The notes under the pieces: model-generated
Told to the model about the DNA's origin: nothing
Database searches by the model: none
The model's input: the letters and a program-made list of their open reading frames with translations, nothing else
NCBI GenBank assembly: GCA_963808235.1
Contig: CAWEEQ010000004.1
Span: 3,296,001-3,360,000, forward strand
Reading direction: 5' to 3'
Length of the DNA: 64,000 bases
From: an uncultured delta proteobacterium
Lineage (GTDB): Bacteria; Desulfobacterota; Binatia; Binatales; Binataceae
Made by a program: the position numbers and the translations under genes
Shown: positions 9,963-19,377 of the stretch, piece by piece
Position numbering within the stretch: position 1 is the stretch's first letter
How the letters are laid out: each line of letters starts with the position of its first letter

Positions 9963-10721
9963 TCACATCGCGAGGCCGCCGTCGAGCTGGATTACTGCGC
10001 CGGTTATGTATGAGGCGGCATCGCTAAGCAGGAACGCCGCCATCGGCGCCACGTCCTCAACTTTTCCGAAGCGACCGAGCGGAATCATCGCGAGCGCCTG
10101 CGCGCGATTCTCCTCGGGCATCGCCGCGGTCATGTCAGTCTCGATAAATCCAAGCGCGAGCGCGTTGACGCGAACGTTGAGCCGCCCGACTTCTTTCGCG
10201 ACCGACTTGGTAAGCCCGATCAATCCCGCCTTGGCCGCGGAATAATTCGCCTGCCCGGGCAGTCCGATCAATCCGCTGACCGAGCTGATATTCACAATCG
10301 ATCCGCGCTTCGCCTTCATCATCATGAACGCCGCCGCGCGCGCGAAGTTGAACGGCCCGGTCAGATTGACGCGGATAACTTCGCTCCAGTCGTCTTCCGA
10401 CATCATCACGAAAACCTTGTCGCGGGTGAGGCCTGCGTTATTGACCAGCCCGTCGATTTGCCCGAATTCCTTCTTGGTCGCATTGACCATCTCGCGCACG
10501 TTCTTCAGATCGCCGACGTCGACTTTGTACGAGAGCGCTTTCACGCCGAGCTTTTCGATCTCGGCCTTCAATTCCGCCGCCTGCTGATCGCTCTTCAGGT
10601 AGTTGAACGATACGTTGGCGCCGCGGCGCGCGACCTCGAGCGCGATCGCCCGCCCAATTCCGCGAGTCGCGCCGGTAACGATAATTCCCCGCCCTTCGAG
10701 ATCTTTCAACTTGCACGACAC
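9963..10721 (-). CDS. fabG: 3-oxoacyl-ACP reductase (FabG-like SDR)
   Basis: TGATRGIG, NNAGLTRD, GQANYSAAKAG, GFIETDMT, IPLGRFG. Confidence 0.85.
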   Translation of the reverse strand: MSCKLKDLEGRGIIVTGATRGIGRAIALEVARRGANVSFNYLKSDQQAAELKAEIEKLGVKALSYKVDVGDLKNVREMVNATKKEFGQIDGLVNNAGLTRDKVFVMMSEDDWSEVIRVNLTGPFNFARAAAFMMMKAKRGSIVNISSVSGLIGLPGQANYSAAKAGLIGLTKSVAKEVGRLNVRVNALALGFIETDMTAAMPEENRAQALAMIPLGRFGKVEDVAPMAAFLLSDAASYITGAVIQLDGGLAM

Positions 10722-10736
10722 TTCTCCAAAGTATCT

Positions 10737-11304
10737 CTAGTCGGTTTCCCGCCGCCGTCATCTCGCGCTCCAGAAGCGGCCGATACTGATCGATGTACGA
10801 CAGATAATTGTATCCGAAGCTGCGCTCAAGCTCGGCGTCGTACTTCGGCGGCTCGGCGTCGAGATCTTTCGCAAGCCACGTCACGAGCATCCACTCCTCG
10901 GAGCGGGGCGCTTTGCGCAGCGCGTCGCGCCGTAGCATCACCTGTTTCGGCTCGAGACCGGTGAGCCGCGCGAGCAGCGGGATCAACTCGCTCTCATTCT
11001 TCGTCATCTCGTCGCGCGCGAATAGATTCACCGAGTAAATGAGCATCGTCGCGATACATGCGGCGACGGTATCGGGCGTCGCGCGATCGCCGTACCGGGC
11101 GAGCGGTCCATTCGACGAAAGCGCATAGGCGAGGAACTCCGCGTTGGCGTCGAGCAATGTCGAAATAAACTTCAGTGCGCGCGGCGACCCCGACTCGCGT
11201 AAACGCGCGCGCGTCGCATCGAGTCCAGGCTTCGCCAGCCGCCGCATAAAGCGCCGGCGCGCCGGCGACAGCCAGTAGAGCAATCCCGCGAGCATCGCGG
11301 GCAT
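10737..11304 (-). CDS. Hypothetical protein (probable 1-nt frameshift just before the stop)
   Basis: ORF from ATG 11304 (MPAMLAGLLYWL...) as sequenced runs about 280 nt into fabG. Removing one G in GCGGGAAACCGACTAG gives ...AAETD-TAG at 10737. Confidence 0.55.
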
Positions 11305-11330
11305 GGGTCTAACACAGCGCGCCCGAGAAT

Positions 11331-11360
11331 AAAAAAGGGCCGCTCCCAATGGAACGGCCC
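11331..11360 (-). terminator. Rho-independent terminator downstream of iscA/erpA
   Basis: Minus strand GGGCCGTTCC-ATTG-GGAGCGGCCC-TTTTTT. Confidence 0.85.
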
Positions 11361-11399
11361 AAATCGAATCTTCGTTGTGACTGGTTAACTGGTTACATG

Positions 11400-11795
11400 C
11401 TACGCGCTGAACGACGACCCGCATCCGCAAGTGCGGCTCGCGCGCGGATTGTCGAAGCGGAATCCCGCGCCGTGCAGACCTTCGACGTAGTCGAGCGTGG
11501 TGCCCGCGATATACGGCAGCGAGATCTCATCGACGTACACCAGCACGCCGCCAAAATCCGTCACCCGGTCGCCGTCCTTCAGCGTGTCGAAATTGAGCGA
11601 GTACTGGAACCCGGAGCATCCGCCGCCGGTCACGCCGATTCTGAGTCCCTGCCCCGCACCGAGGCCTTCCTTCGCCTGCATCTTGCGCACCATCTCGATC
11701 GCGGTCGGCGTGAGCTTCACGTCGGGCAGCGACGCGGTGTCGATTCGCTCGACCGGCGCCTGTTCGCTATGCTCGTGATTAAGTTCTTCGGCCAT
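11400..11795 (-). CDS. HesB/IscA/ErpA A-type Fe-S carrier
   Basis: GGGCSGFQY, GFRFDNP, TCGCGSSFS. Confidence 0.95.
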   Translation of the reverse strand: MAEELNHEHSEQAPVERIDTASLPDVKLTPTAIEMVRKMQAKEGLGAGQGLRIGVTGGGCSGFQYSLNFDTLKDGDRVTDFGGVLVYVDEISLPYIAGTTLDYVEGLHGAGFRFDNPRASRTCGCGSSFSA

Positions 11796-11953
11796 ATTTT
11801 TTGACTTCCTTCAGTAAGAAGCGCTTACTCATCGGTACCTGCGCTCTACCAAGGAACTAATCTTAGCGTAAGAATCGAGTCAATGCATCCGGTGTCAACT
11901 TGGGCCAAAAGCCCCTTTAAACCTTGCGGAAATACTAGCGCCTGACCGATTTC

Positions 11954-13081
11954 ATGAATGTTTCACGTGAAACATTGGCCCGGACCGCGCGTGAACTTGG
12001 ATTCGGGCTGGTCGGCTTCTCACGCCTCCGACGACTCGAGGAGCGAGAGGATTTTTACCACCGATGGCTCGCCGACCGCGGTCACGCGACGATGGACTAC
12101 CTGGCCCGCGAACCTGAGCGGAGATTCGATCCGCGCCATCTCGACCCTCGCTATAAGTCCGTCGTGAGTCTGGGCTACCCGTACGCGCCTCCTGCGCCGC
12201 CTGAAACCTTCGCCGGCATCGACTGGCGCGCCGAGATGCGCGGACGTATCGCCGCGTATGCGCTCGGCCCCGACTACCACGACTACGTGCTGAAGCGCGC
12301 CCGCCTCATCGCGGACATGATCACCAAAAACCAGCTCGGTTCGATCGCGCGCGCTTACGTCGATACCGGCCCGGTCTTCGAGCGTGAGTGGGCGACCGAG
12401 GCGCGGCTCGGATGGTTCGGCAAAAACACGATGCTTCTGAATCGCGATCATGGCTCATATTTTTTTCTCGCCGAGATTTTCACCGACATGGAGTTCGAGC
12501 CGAGCGCGGAACCGTATCGCGAGCATTGCGGAACCTGCCGACGATGTATCGATCTGTGCCCGACTGGCGCGCTCGCCGAGGGCTACGTGATGCGTTCGGA
12601 TCTTTGCATCTCGTACCAGACGATCGAAAATCGCGGCTCAATTCCGCGCGAGCTGCGCCCGAAGCTCGGCAACTGGATCTTCGGATGCGACATCTGCAAC
12701 GAGGTCTGCCCCTGGAACGACACCTCGAGTGCCGATGCGAACGCCGCGCACGAGCTTGCCCCGCATCTGCCGGACCTGCTCGCCCTCGACGACAATGCGT
12801 TCAGCGCCCGCTTCACCAAGAGCGCGGTGAAACGCGCCAAGCGCCGCGGACTATTGCGCAACGTCGCGGTCGTGCTCGGCAACACGCGAAATCCCGACGC
12901 GATTCCGGCGCTCATACAAGCGCTCGAACACGAGCGCGAACCATTAGTCCGCTCACACGCGGCGTGGGCGCTCGGACAAATCGGAGGATCGGCCGCGAGG
13001 TACGTCCTCGAGCTCGCGAGCACCCGCGATAACAACCTCGCGGTTCGCGCCGAGATTGCTTCGGCGCTCGAAACAAACTGA
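11954..13081 (+). CDS. queG: Epoxyqueuosine reductase (B12 and Fe-S dependent) with C-terminal HEAT repeats
   Basis: YALGPDYH, YVDTGP, GWFGKN, CGTCRRCIDLCPTGA, CISYQTIE, IFGCDICNEVCPWN. Confidence 0.95.
   Translation: MNVSRETLARTARELGFGLVGFSRLRRLEEREDFYHRWLADRGHATMDYLAREPERRFDPRHLDPRYKSVVSLGYPYAPPAPPETFAGIDWRAEMRGRIAAYALGPDYHDYVLKRARLIADMITKNQLGSIARAYVDTGPVFEREWATEARLGWFGKNTMLLNRDHGSYFFLAEIFTDMEFEPSAEPYREHCGTCRRCIDLCPTGALAEGYVMRSDLCISYQTIENRGSIPRELRPKLGNWIFGCDICNEVCPWNDTSSADANAAHELAPHLPDLLALDDNAFSARFTKSAVKRAKRRGLLRNVAVVLGNTRNPDAIPALIQALEHEREPLVRSHAAWALGQIGGSAARYVLELASTRDNNLAVRAEIASALETN
11959..11974. promoter_or_regulatory. parS centromere-like site (ParB binding)
   Basis: TGTTTCACGTGAAACA, an exact match to the canonical parS consensus; the palindrome extends to 20 bp (11957-11976). 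Confidence 0.9.
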
Positions 13082-13129
13082 TCGGCTGCGCTTGTCAAAA
13101 CCGCGTCGCTTAGGGAACACTGAATACGG

Positions 13130-13969
13130 ATGCCCATTGAATCCACAAGCGACGCGCGGCGCGAATTTGCGATAATCGCGGCGAGAGAGCCGGTGCCGCT
13201 GGCGCGCGGCGCCTTGTTGATTGCCAAGGAAGAGTATCCCGACCTTGACATCGACGCGTATCTCGACAAGCTCGCAACGCTCGCACGCGAGGCGGAGCCT
13301 ATAGTTCGCGCCGGCGAAGACACCATCGAGAAGGTCCAGTTACTGTCGCACTTCTTGTTCGAGCTGAAGGGATTCGAGGGCAACGCGGAGAATTTCAAGG
13401 ACCCGCGAAACTCGTTCCTGAACGACGTGATCAATCGCCGGCTCGGAATTCCGATCACGCTGTCAGTCATTTATCTCGAAGTCGGCCGCCGACTCGGAAT
13501 CAATCTCTATGGCGTCTCCTTCCCGACTCATTTCCTGGTCAAGGCGGTCGACGAACGCGGCGAGCTGATCATCGATCCGTTCGTCGGCGGCAAGATTCTT
13601 TCGCTCGACGAGATTCGCGCGCGTCTGACGCAAATCTACGGGCAGCCGGTCGAGCTGAATCCAGCGATGCTGAAATCGCGCGGCGCGCGGCACATCCTGG
13701 CTCGGATCCTCCGCAACTTAAAAATCTTTTACCTCGACGCGTCGGATTGGACTCGCGCGCTGGCGGCGCTCGATCGGATCATTCTGCTCGAGCCGCGCGC
13801 GCTTGAGGAGCTGGTCGAACGCGGCAGCCTTTTCGAGCGGCTCGAATGCTTCAAGCCGGCGCTCGATGACTATCAGAGTTTCCTGTCGCAAGCGCCCGAG
13901 CATCCCGCCGCTGACGCAGCCCGCGAAGCGGTGCTGCGCCTGATTCGCCAGGTAGCACTAATCAATTGA
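13130..13969 (+). CDS. SirB1/YchA-family transglutaminase-like protein with C-terminal TPR
   Basis: GFEGNAENFKDPRNSFLNDVINRRLGIPITLS, FPTHFL, IDPF, ILARILRNLK. Confidence 0.9.
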   Translation: MPIESTSDARREFAIIAAREPVPLARGALLIAKEEYPDLDIDAYLDKLATLAREAEPIVRAGEDTIEKVQLLSHFLFELKGFEGNAENFKDPRNSFLNDVINRRLGIPITLSVIYLEVGRRLGINLYGVSFPTHFLVKAVDERGELIIDPFVGGKILSLDEIRARLTQIYGQPVELNPAMLKSRGARHILARILRNLKIFYLDASDWTRALAALDRIILLEPRALEELVERGSLFERLECFKPALDDYQSFLSQAPEHPAADAAREAVLRLIRQVALIN

Positions 13970-14002
13970 CCGCGCTGATCAACTGACCCGGCCGCTTCTT
14001 CG

Positions 14003-15430
14003 ATGGCTGCATCTCCGAAAGGCGATTTTTTCCAATCGAGCCGCGCCGCGGTAAACGATCATGAGCTGCGTCGCAAGCTCGAGAGCGCGAGCGCGCGCCA
14101 TCTCGATCACTTCGCCCAGGTCAAAGCCGAGTTCCCCACCTACGACGAAGAACGCGAGGCGGCGCGAAGAATAAAAACCGACGCTATCGCTCATCTCGAC
14201 GAGTTGCTGATCGAGCTGACGACGAAGCTCGAAGCGCTCGGATGCAAGGTGTTCTTCGCCGAGGACGCAAAGCAAGCGCGCGACTATATTGTCGCGCTCG
14301 CGAAATCCAAAGCTGCGAAAAACGTCGTCAAGGGCAAGTCGATGACGACCGAGGAAATCGAACTCAACGGCGCGCTCGAAGCCGCGGGAATCGACGCAGT
14401 TGAGACCGACCTCGGCGAATACATCGTGCAGCTTCGCGGCGAGAAGCCGTCGCATATAATCACGCCCGCGATTCACCTGTCGAAGGAAGACATCGGCCAG
14501 CTCTTCACCGACAAGTTCGGCATCGAATACACCAGCGAGCCGGAAAAACTCACAGCCGAGGCGCGCGATCGTTTGCGCGCGATTTTTCTCGCGGCGGATT
14601 TCGGCGTCACCGGAGTCAATTTTGCGATCGCCGAGACCGGCACGCTCATCATCGTCGAGAACGAAGGTAACGGGCGCCTGTCGAGCACGATGCCGGAGAC
14701 ATTCGTCGCGGTGATGGGAATCGAAAAAGTGATCCCCAAGCTGAGCGACGTGAGTCACTTTCTGGAGATCCTCGCGCGCACCGCGACCGGTCAGAAGCTG
14801 ACGACCTACACCAGTTTCATCACCGGACCGCGTCGCGAGGGCGAGCTCGACGGACCGATTGAGATGCACGTCGTGATTCTCGACAATGGGCGCAGCGCGA
14901 TGCTCGCGGACCCGGTTCTGCGCGAGGCACTGAACTGCATCCGATGCGGCGCGTGCCTTAACGTATGCCCGATCTACCGGCGAATCGGGGGCCACGCGTA
15001 TCGTTCGGTTTACCCGGGACCGATCGGATCGATCATCAGTCCGAATCTTTTTGGCAGCGCCGCCGGATACCTGCCGTTCGCCTCGACGCTGTGCGGCGCG
15101 TGCAAGGATATCTGTCCCGTAAAGATCGATATCCCGCGTATCCTGCTTCATCTGCGATGGAAAGAGACTACCGGCAAGCGTCCGCTAAAGTGGCCGCGTG
15201 CGATCAGGCGAGCGCGATCCGGCGCGCGCAGGTTCGCCGGCATCGCGCGGCATCCGCGCATCGCAAGATTGCTCGGCAGACTCGCGGCGGCGCTCCTGAA
15301 GCCGTTCTCCCACGATGGCTATCTCCGCCGAATGCCACCGCCGTTCGGCAACTGGACCAAGTACCGGAATTTTCCCCGGCCGCGTCCGCGCGATCGGAAG
15401 ACTCCTGAGGCAGAGACTCCGGCAACCTGA
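14003..15430 (+). CDS. lutB: L-lactate utilization protein B (LutB/LldF, Fe-S)
   Basis: KGKSMTTEEI, ETDLGEYI, ENEGN, CIRCGACLNVCP, YPGPIG, STLCGACKDICPVKI. Confidence 0.93.
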   Translation: MAASPKGDFFQSSRAAVNDHELRRKLESASARHLDHFAQVKAEFPTYDEEREAARRIKTDAIAHLDELLIELTTKLEALGCKVFFAEDAKQARDYIVALAKSKAAKNVVKGKSMTTEEIELNGALEAAGIDAVETDLGEYIVQLRGEKPSHIITPAIHLSKEDIGQLFTDKFGIEYTSEPEKLTAEARDRLRAIFLAADFGVTGVNFAIAETGTLIIVENEGNGRLSSTMPETFVAVMGIEKVIPKLSDVSHFLEILARTATGQKLTTYTSFITGPRREGELDGPIEMHVVILDNGRSAMLADPVLREALNCIRCGACLNVCPIYRRIGGHAYRSVYPGPIGSIISPNLFGSAAGYLPFASTLCGACKDICPVKIDIPRILLHLRWKETTGKRPLKWPRAIRRARSGARRFAGIARHPRIARLLGRLAAALLKPFSHDGYLRRMPPPFGNWTKYRNFPRPRPRDRKTPEAETPAT

Positions 15431-15432
15431 AC

Positions 15433-16125
15433 GTGGCCGAAATTCATAAAATAATCGCGAACGTGAAGAACGCGCTCGATTCAGGCGCGCCCTCGATCGA
15501 TCATGCCGGAAGCGCACGCAACGCAATGCCCGTCGCACCGTCGGCGCATCGCGCAGAGCTCGCAACTTCTTTCGCGCGTGAGCTGGAGGCAGTTGGCGGC
15601 ATCTTTCTCGGAATACTCAGTCCAAGTGCGATGACTAGTCGAATAGTCAGTCTGGCGGCAGAGCTCGATGCGAAAGCAGTAGCTATTGGCCGAGGTCTCG
15701 AGACCGATATGGGCGTGATTGGCGAGGCACTCGAGCGCGCGGACCGTAAGATAGTGCGCACGCTGCCGGTCGCGGATATCGAGCGCGCCGCGATGCGCGC
15801 GCGGGTTGCCGGCGCAGGCCTCGGGATCGCTGAGGCGGATTTCGCAATCGCATCGACCGGCACTCTTGCGGTTGTCTCGACCGATTCACGGCCGAGTTCG
15901 CTGACCTTGCTGCCGCCTGCAAGTCTGGTGATCGTTAGAATCGATCGGATAATGCCAACGCTCGCCGACGTTCTCGCGGCGCTCGGGCCCGACGGCGTCG
16001 CCGCGCATCGCTTGACGCTCATCACCGGGCCGAGCCGCACCGCGGATATCGAGAAGCGAATCGTGCTCGGCGTCCATGGCCCCAAGTCGCTTCATGTAAT
16101 TATCGTCTGGCCCGACAATGACTGA
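15433..16125 (+). CDS. lutC: L-lactate utilization protein C (LUD domain)
   Basis: AIASTGT, ITGPSRTADIE, GVHGP. Confidence 0.9.
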   Translation: MAEIHKIIANVKNALDSGAPSIDHAGSARNAMPVAPSAHRAELATSFARELEAVGGIFLGILSPSAMTSRIVSLAAELDAKAVAIGRGLETDMGVIGEALERADRKIVRTLPVADIERAAMRARVAGAGLGIAEADFAIASTGTLAVVSTDSRPSSLTLLPPASLVIVRIDRIMPTLADVLAALGPDGVAAHRLTLITGPSRTADIEKRIVLGVHGPKSLHVIIVWPDND

Positions 16126-16840
16126 GGTTCAACTTTTCTCGACCTGCCTAGCCGAGGAATTTTTTCCGGAAGTCAACGACGCCGCGGCGACCGTCCTGGA
16201 GCGGCTGCGGCTTAAGGTCACGCCCATTCGCGGCGCGTTTTGCTGCGGACAGGTCGCATTCAACGAAGGCATGCGCGATGAAGCGGTCGCGCTCGCGCGC
16301 CGTTTTCTGAATTCGGTCCAAGTCGACATTCCGATCGTCGCGCCATCGGGCTCATGCACCAGCATGCTGAAAATCTTTTACGGCGACCTGTTGGCCGGCG
16401 ATTCAGCGCTCGCGGCGAAGGCGAATGCTATCCGTCCCTGGATCTTCGAGTTCTCGCAATTCCTGGTCAACGTGCTGAAAGTGAAGTACGTCGGCGCTCG
16501 CTACGAACGCGCCGTCGCGTATCATCCGTCGTGTCATCTGATGCGCGAGCTGGGCGTGCGCGACGAACCGATGACCCTGCTGAGCGCGGTTGGCGGAATC
16601 AAACTTTGCGAGCTGCGCGACCGCGAGGAGTGCTGCGGATTCGGCGGGATGTTCTCGGTCAAGTTTCCGCATATCTCCGCCTCGATGCTCGAGGACAAAA
16701 TCGCGCGGATCAAAGAGAGCGGCGCCGAGGTGGTCGTCGCGAACGACTGCGGATGCCTGATGCAGATAGGCGGCGGCCTGAGCCGCGCCGGCGAGAAGAT
16801 CGAGCTGCGGCATCTCGCCGAGGTGCTCGCGTCGAGATGA
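16118..16840 (+). CDS. lutA: L-lactate utilization protein A (CCG-domain Fe-S protein)
   Basis: FSTCL, CCGQ, PSGSC, YHPSCH, CCGFGGMFSVK, GCLMQI. Confidence 0.92.
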   Translation: MTEVQLFSTCLAEEFFPEVNDAAATVLERLRLKVTPIRGAFCCGQVAFNEGMRDEAVALARRFLNSVQVDIPIVAPSGSCTSMLKIFYGDLLAGDSALAAKANAIRPWIFEFSQFLVNVLKVKYVGARYERAVAYHPSCHLMRELGVRDEPMTLLSAVGGIKLCELRDREECCGFGGMFSVKFPHISASMLEDKIARIKESGAEVVVANDCGCLMQIGGGLSRAGEKIELRHLAEVLASR

Positions 16841-16913
16841 CAAGCTTCAGAAGTCTACCGGCACGGCCTTTGGTGGTTGCTCGGCTAATGATGTGATAAA
16901 AGCCAGCATACCG

Positions 16914-17144
16914 ATGAAGTTCAACCGCATCACAGTCGATCCGCGTCAAATGAATGGAGTTCCCTGCATTAGGGGCCTGCGGATTCCTGTAGCGACCGTG
17001 GTCGGGATGGTGGCGGACGGCATGACGCGCGACGAAATTCTCAAAGCCTATCCCGATCTAAAGGCCAAGGATGTCGAAGAAGCACTCCGCTACGCTGCAG
17101 AGGCTGTCCGCGAACGCGAATTGCCGCTGCGCTCCGCCTCTTGA
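16914..17144 (+). CDS. DUF433-family antitoxin
   Basis: [21 protein letters not shown]...[16 protein letters not shown]-like helix, YAA. Confidence 0.9.
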   Translation: MKFNRITVDPRQMNGVPCIRGLRIPVATVVGMVADGMTRDEILKAYPDLKAKDVEEALRYAAEAVRERELPLRSAS

Positions 17145-17533
17145 GATTTCTCGTCGATAATTCTCTATCGCCGCTTGTCGCCGAAGGTCTGCGCAAGGCC
17201 GGACATGACGCCGCTCATGTACGCGAATATCGGATGCAGAGCGCTGACGACCGGCGGATTTTCGATCGCGCCAAGCGCGAACGCCGGATCATAGTCGCGG
17301 CTGATACCGACTTCGGCACCCTTCTCGCTCTCCGCGAAGCGCGAGAGCCGTCTGTGATCCTCTTCCGTCGTGCCTCGCAACGTCGTCCGGAAAAGCAGGT
17401 GCGTCTTTTACTTGCGAATCTTGGCGAAGTCGAGAAATCCCTGGGCGAAGGGAGTGCGGTCGTGTTCGAGGACTCGCGCGTGCGGATTCGGCCCCTGCCA
17501 ATCAAAAGGGTAGCGCGCCGGCACAAGCCGTAG
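17141..17533 (+). CDS. DUF5615 PIN-like toxin (VapC45-type)
   Basis: [28 protein letters not shown]; overlaps the DUF433 stop codon. Confidence 0.88.
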   Translation: MRFLVDNSLSPLVAEGLRKAGHDAAHVREYRMQSADDRRIFDRAKRERRIIVAADTDFGTLLALREAREPSVILFRRASQRRPEKQVRLLLANLGEVEKSLGEGSAVVFEDSRVRIRPLPIKRVARRHKP

Positions 17534-17556
17534 TCCGCAAGAATCCCGGATCTGTC

Positions 17557-19266
17557 TCAGTGGTGTTCGTGCACGTAGAGGCCTGGGGCGCGCTCGCCGG
17601 GCTTGAAACGCTCACTGCCGAGCGAGGCCGGCGCGAGTCGTTCGCCGCCGGAGCGTGCGGCGAGCCACTTGATCCAGTGATCCCACCAGGTGCCCTTGTT
17701 CTCCGCCGCGCTTCGCATCCATTCGTCGGGATTCTCGGGAAGCCGCGCGCCCACGTAGTAGCGCGCTTTGAAGTTTCCGGGCGGATTCACGAGGCTCTGG
17801 ATGTGGCCGCTCGAGCCGAGCACGAATTCGGTTCGTCCGCCGAACATCGCGGTCGCGCGGTAGCAGGCGCGCCATGCGCAGATGTGATCGGTCATCCCGG
17901 CAACCAGGTAGAGGTCGCCTTTCACGGCGCGGAGATCGATCGGCGTGCCGAGAACTTCGACCTCCCCGCCATGGGTCAGCGGATTACGGAGAAACAGATC
18001 CAGAAAACCTTCATGGAGCTTCGCCGGCAGGTTGGTCGAATCCGCGTTCCAATAAAGGATGTCGAACGGCGCGGGATCCTTGCCGAGCAGATAGTTGTTG
18101 ACCCAGTAGTTCCAGACCAGGTCGTTGGGCCGGAGCCACGCGAAAACGCGCGCCATGTCCGCGCCGTCGAGCACGCCCTTTTCCGCCGAGCGGTCGATTG
18201 CCGCCTTGATTGCATCTTCGGTCGCGAACATCCCGGTCATCGAGGGCAGACTCGTATCCAGCATCGTGACCAGCAGGGTCGCCGCGTTGACGCGGTTGTC
18301 GCCGAGTGCGGCCAGATGCCCGAGCGTGAGCGCAGTCGTGATGCCGCCGGCGCATACGCCGAGCACGTTGCAATCGGGGCTGCCGGAAATTTCGCACGCA
18401 GCTTCCATCGCCTGCTTGCACGCATTGACGTACTCGTCGACACCCCAGTCGCGATCGCGCGGAGTCGGGTTGCGCCAGCTAATCGCGAACAGCGGGACGT
18501 TATGTTTGGTCGCGTACTCGAAGAAGCTGCGCCCCGGCGCGAGATCCATGATATAGAACTTGTTGATCTGCGGCGGGATGACGACCAGCGGCCGTTCGTA
18601 AATTTTCTCAGTCGCGGGAGCGTATTGAATCAGCTCGAAGAGCGGCGTGCGGTAGACGACCGCGCCGGGCGAGATTGCGAGATTGCGGCCGACTTCGAAC
18701 GGACGCTTGTCGACCTGCTGCGGCATCCCGCCGTTGTTCCACAGATCGGAAATGAAATTGCGCATCCCCGTCACCACGCTCATCCCCGCGGTGTCAAAGG
18801 CGCGCTTGAGCGCGGCCGGATTGGTAAAGAACCCGTTGGTCGGCGCGAGTGCTTCGGTCATCAGCGTGATCGCGAACTTCTGCTGCTCGACATCCTTCCA
18901 TTCGACGCCGTCGTCTTCATTGACGAGATCGTGCATCGCGATCCGCCACGCGAGATAGGACTGCATCAGGCGCCGAAAGATCGGATGCTCCGACCAGGCG
19001 TTATCGATGAAGCGCTTGTCGCCGGGCTCGGGCGCTAGCGTCGACCTGCCACCGGCGATCTGTCCGAGTTCGAATGCAAGCTGGAGCGCGCGAGAAGCAA
19101 CGTTCGCGGGATCGCCGCCGAGATGCGCGAGCAACCGTCCGAACGTTCCGAGCACCTGCGTCCCGTCGAGTCCAACGAACGGATTTGCGCCGAGGATCGC
19201 GTTGAGCGCCGGATGGTTTTCCTCGGGCGACAATATTTCAAGCTGTCGTTTCGCCACATTTTTCAT
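17557..19266 (-). CDS. phaC: Polyhydroxyalkanoate synthase (class II-like)
   Basis: PPQINKFYIMDLAP, ISWRNP, lipase box GVCAGG, WLRPNDLVWNYWVNNYLLG, DHI, SSGHIQS. Confidence 0.93.
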   Translation of the reverse strand: MKNVAKRQLEILSPEENHPALNAILGANPFVGLDGTQVLGTFGRLLAHLGGDPANVASRALQLAFELGQIAGGRSTLAPEPGDKRFIDNAWSEHPIFRRLMQSYLAWRIAMHDLVNEDDGVEWKDVEQQKFAITLMTEALAPTNGFFTNPAALKRAFDTAGMSVVTGMRNFISDLWNNGGMPQQVDKRPFEVGRNLAISPGAVVYRTPLFELIQYAPATEKIYERPLVVIPPQINKFYIMDLAPGRSFFEYATKHNVPLFAISWRNPTPRDRDWGVDEYVNACKQAMEAACEISGSPDCNVLGVCAGGITTALTLGHLAALGDNRVNAATLLVTMLDTSLPSMTGMFATEDAIKAAIDRSAEKGVLDGADMARVFAWLRPNDLVWNYWVNNYLLGKDPAPFDILYWNADSTNLPAKLHEGFLDLFLRNPLTHGGEVEVLGTPIDLRAVKGDLYLVAGMTDHICAWRACYRATAMFGGRTEFVLGSSGHIQSLVNPPGNFKARYYVGARLPENPDEWMRSAAENKGTWWDHWIKWLAARSGGERLAPASLGSERFKPGERAPGLYVHEHH

Positions 19267-19377
19267 TTCGGCACCTCAAGTGGAACGCGGCGCATCGAGG
19301 ATTCAATTGACCCGTAGCAAAGGGACCTTGTCCGCGGCAAGGCGGCTAGCATAGCGCAAATCGCGCGCGAACAGCCG

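Noticed and set aside
10438-10736. Long same-strand overlap of a hypothetical ORF with fabG
   Set aside because: Explained by one extra G before a TAG at 10737.
17560-19038. Long antisense ORFs (for example 492 aa opposite phaC, 495 aa opposite the ABC gene, 340 aa opposite recA)
   Set aside because: Typical shadow ORFs of high-GC coding DNA with no motifs.
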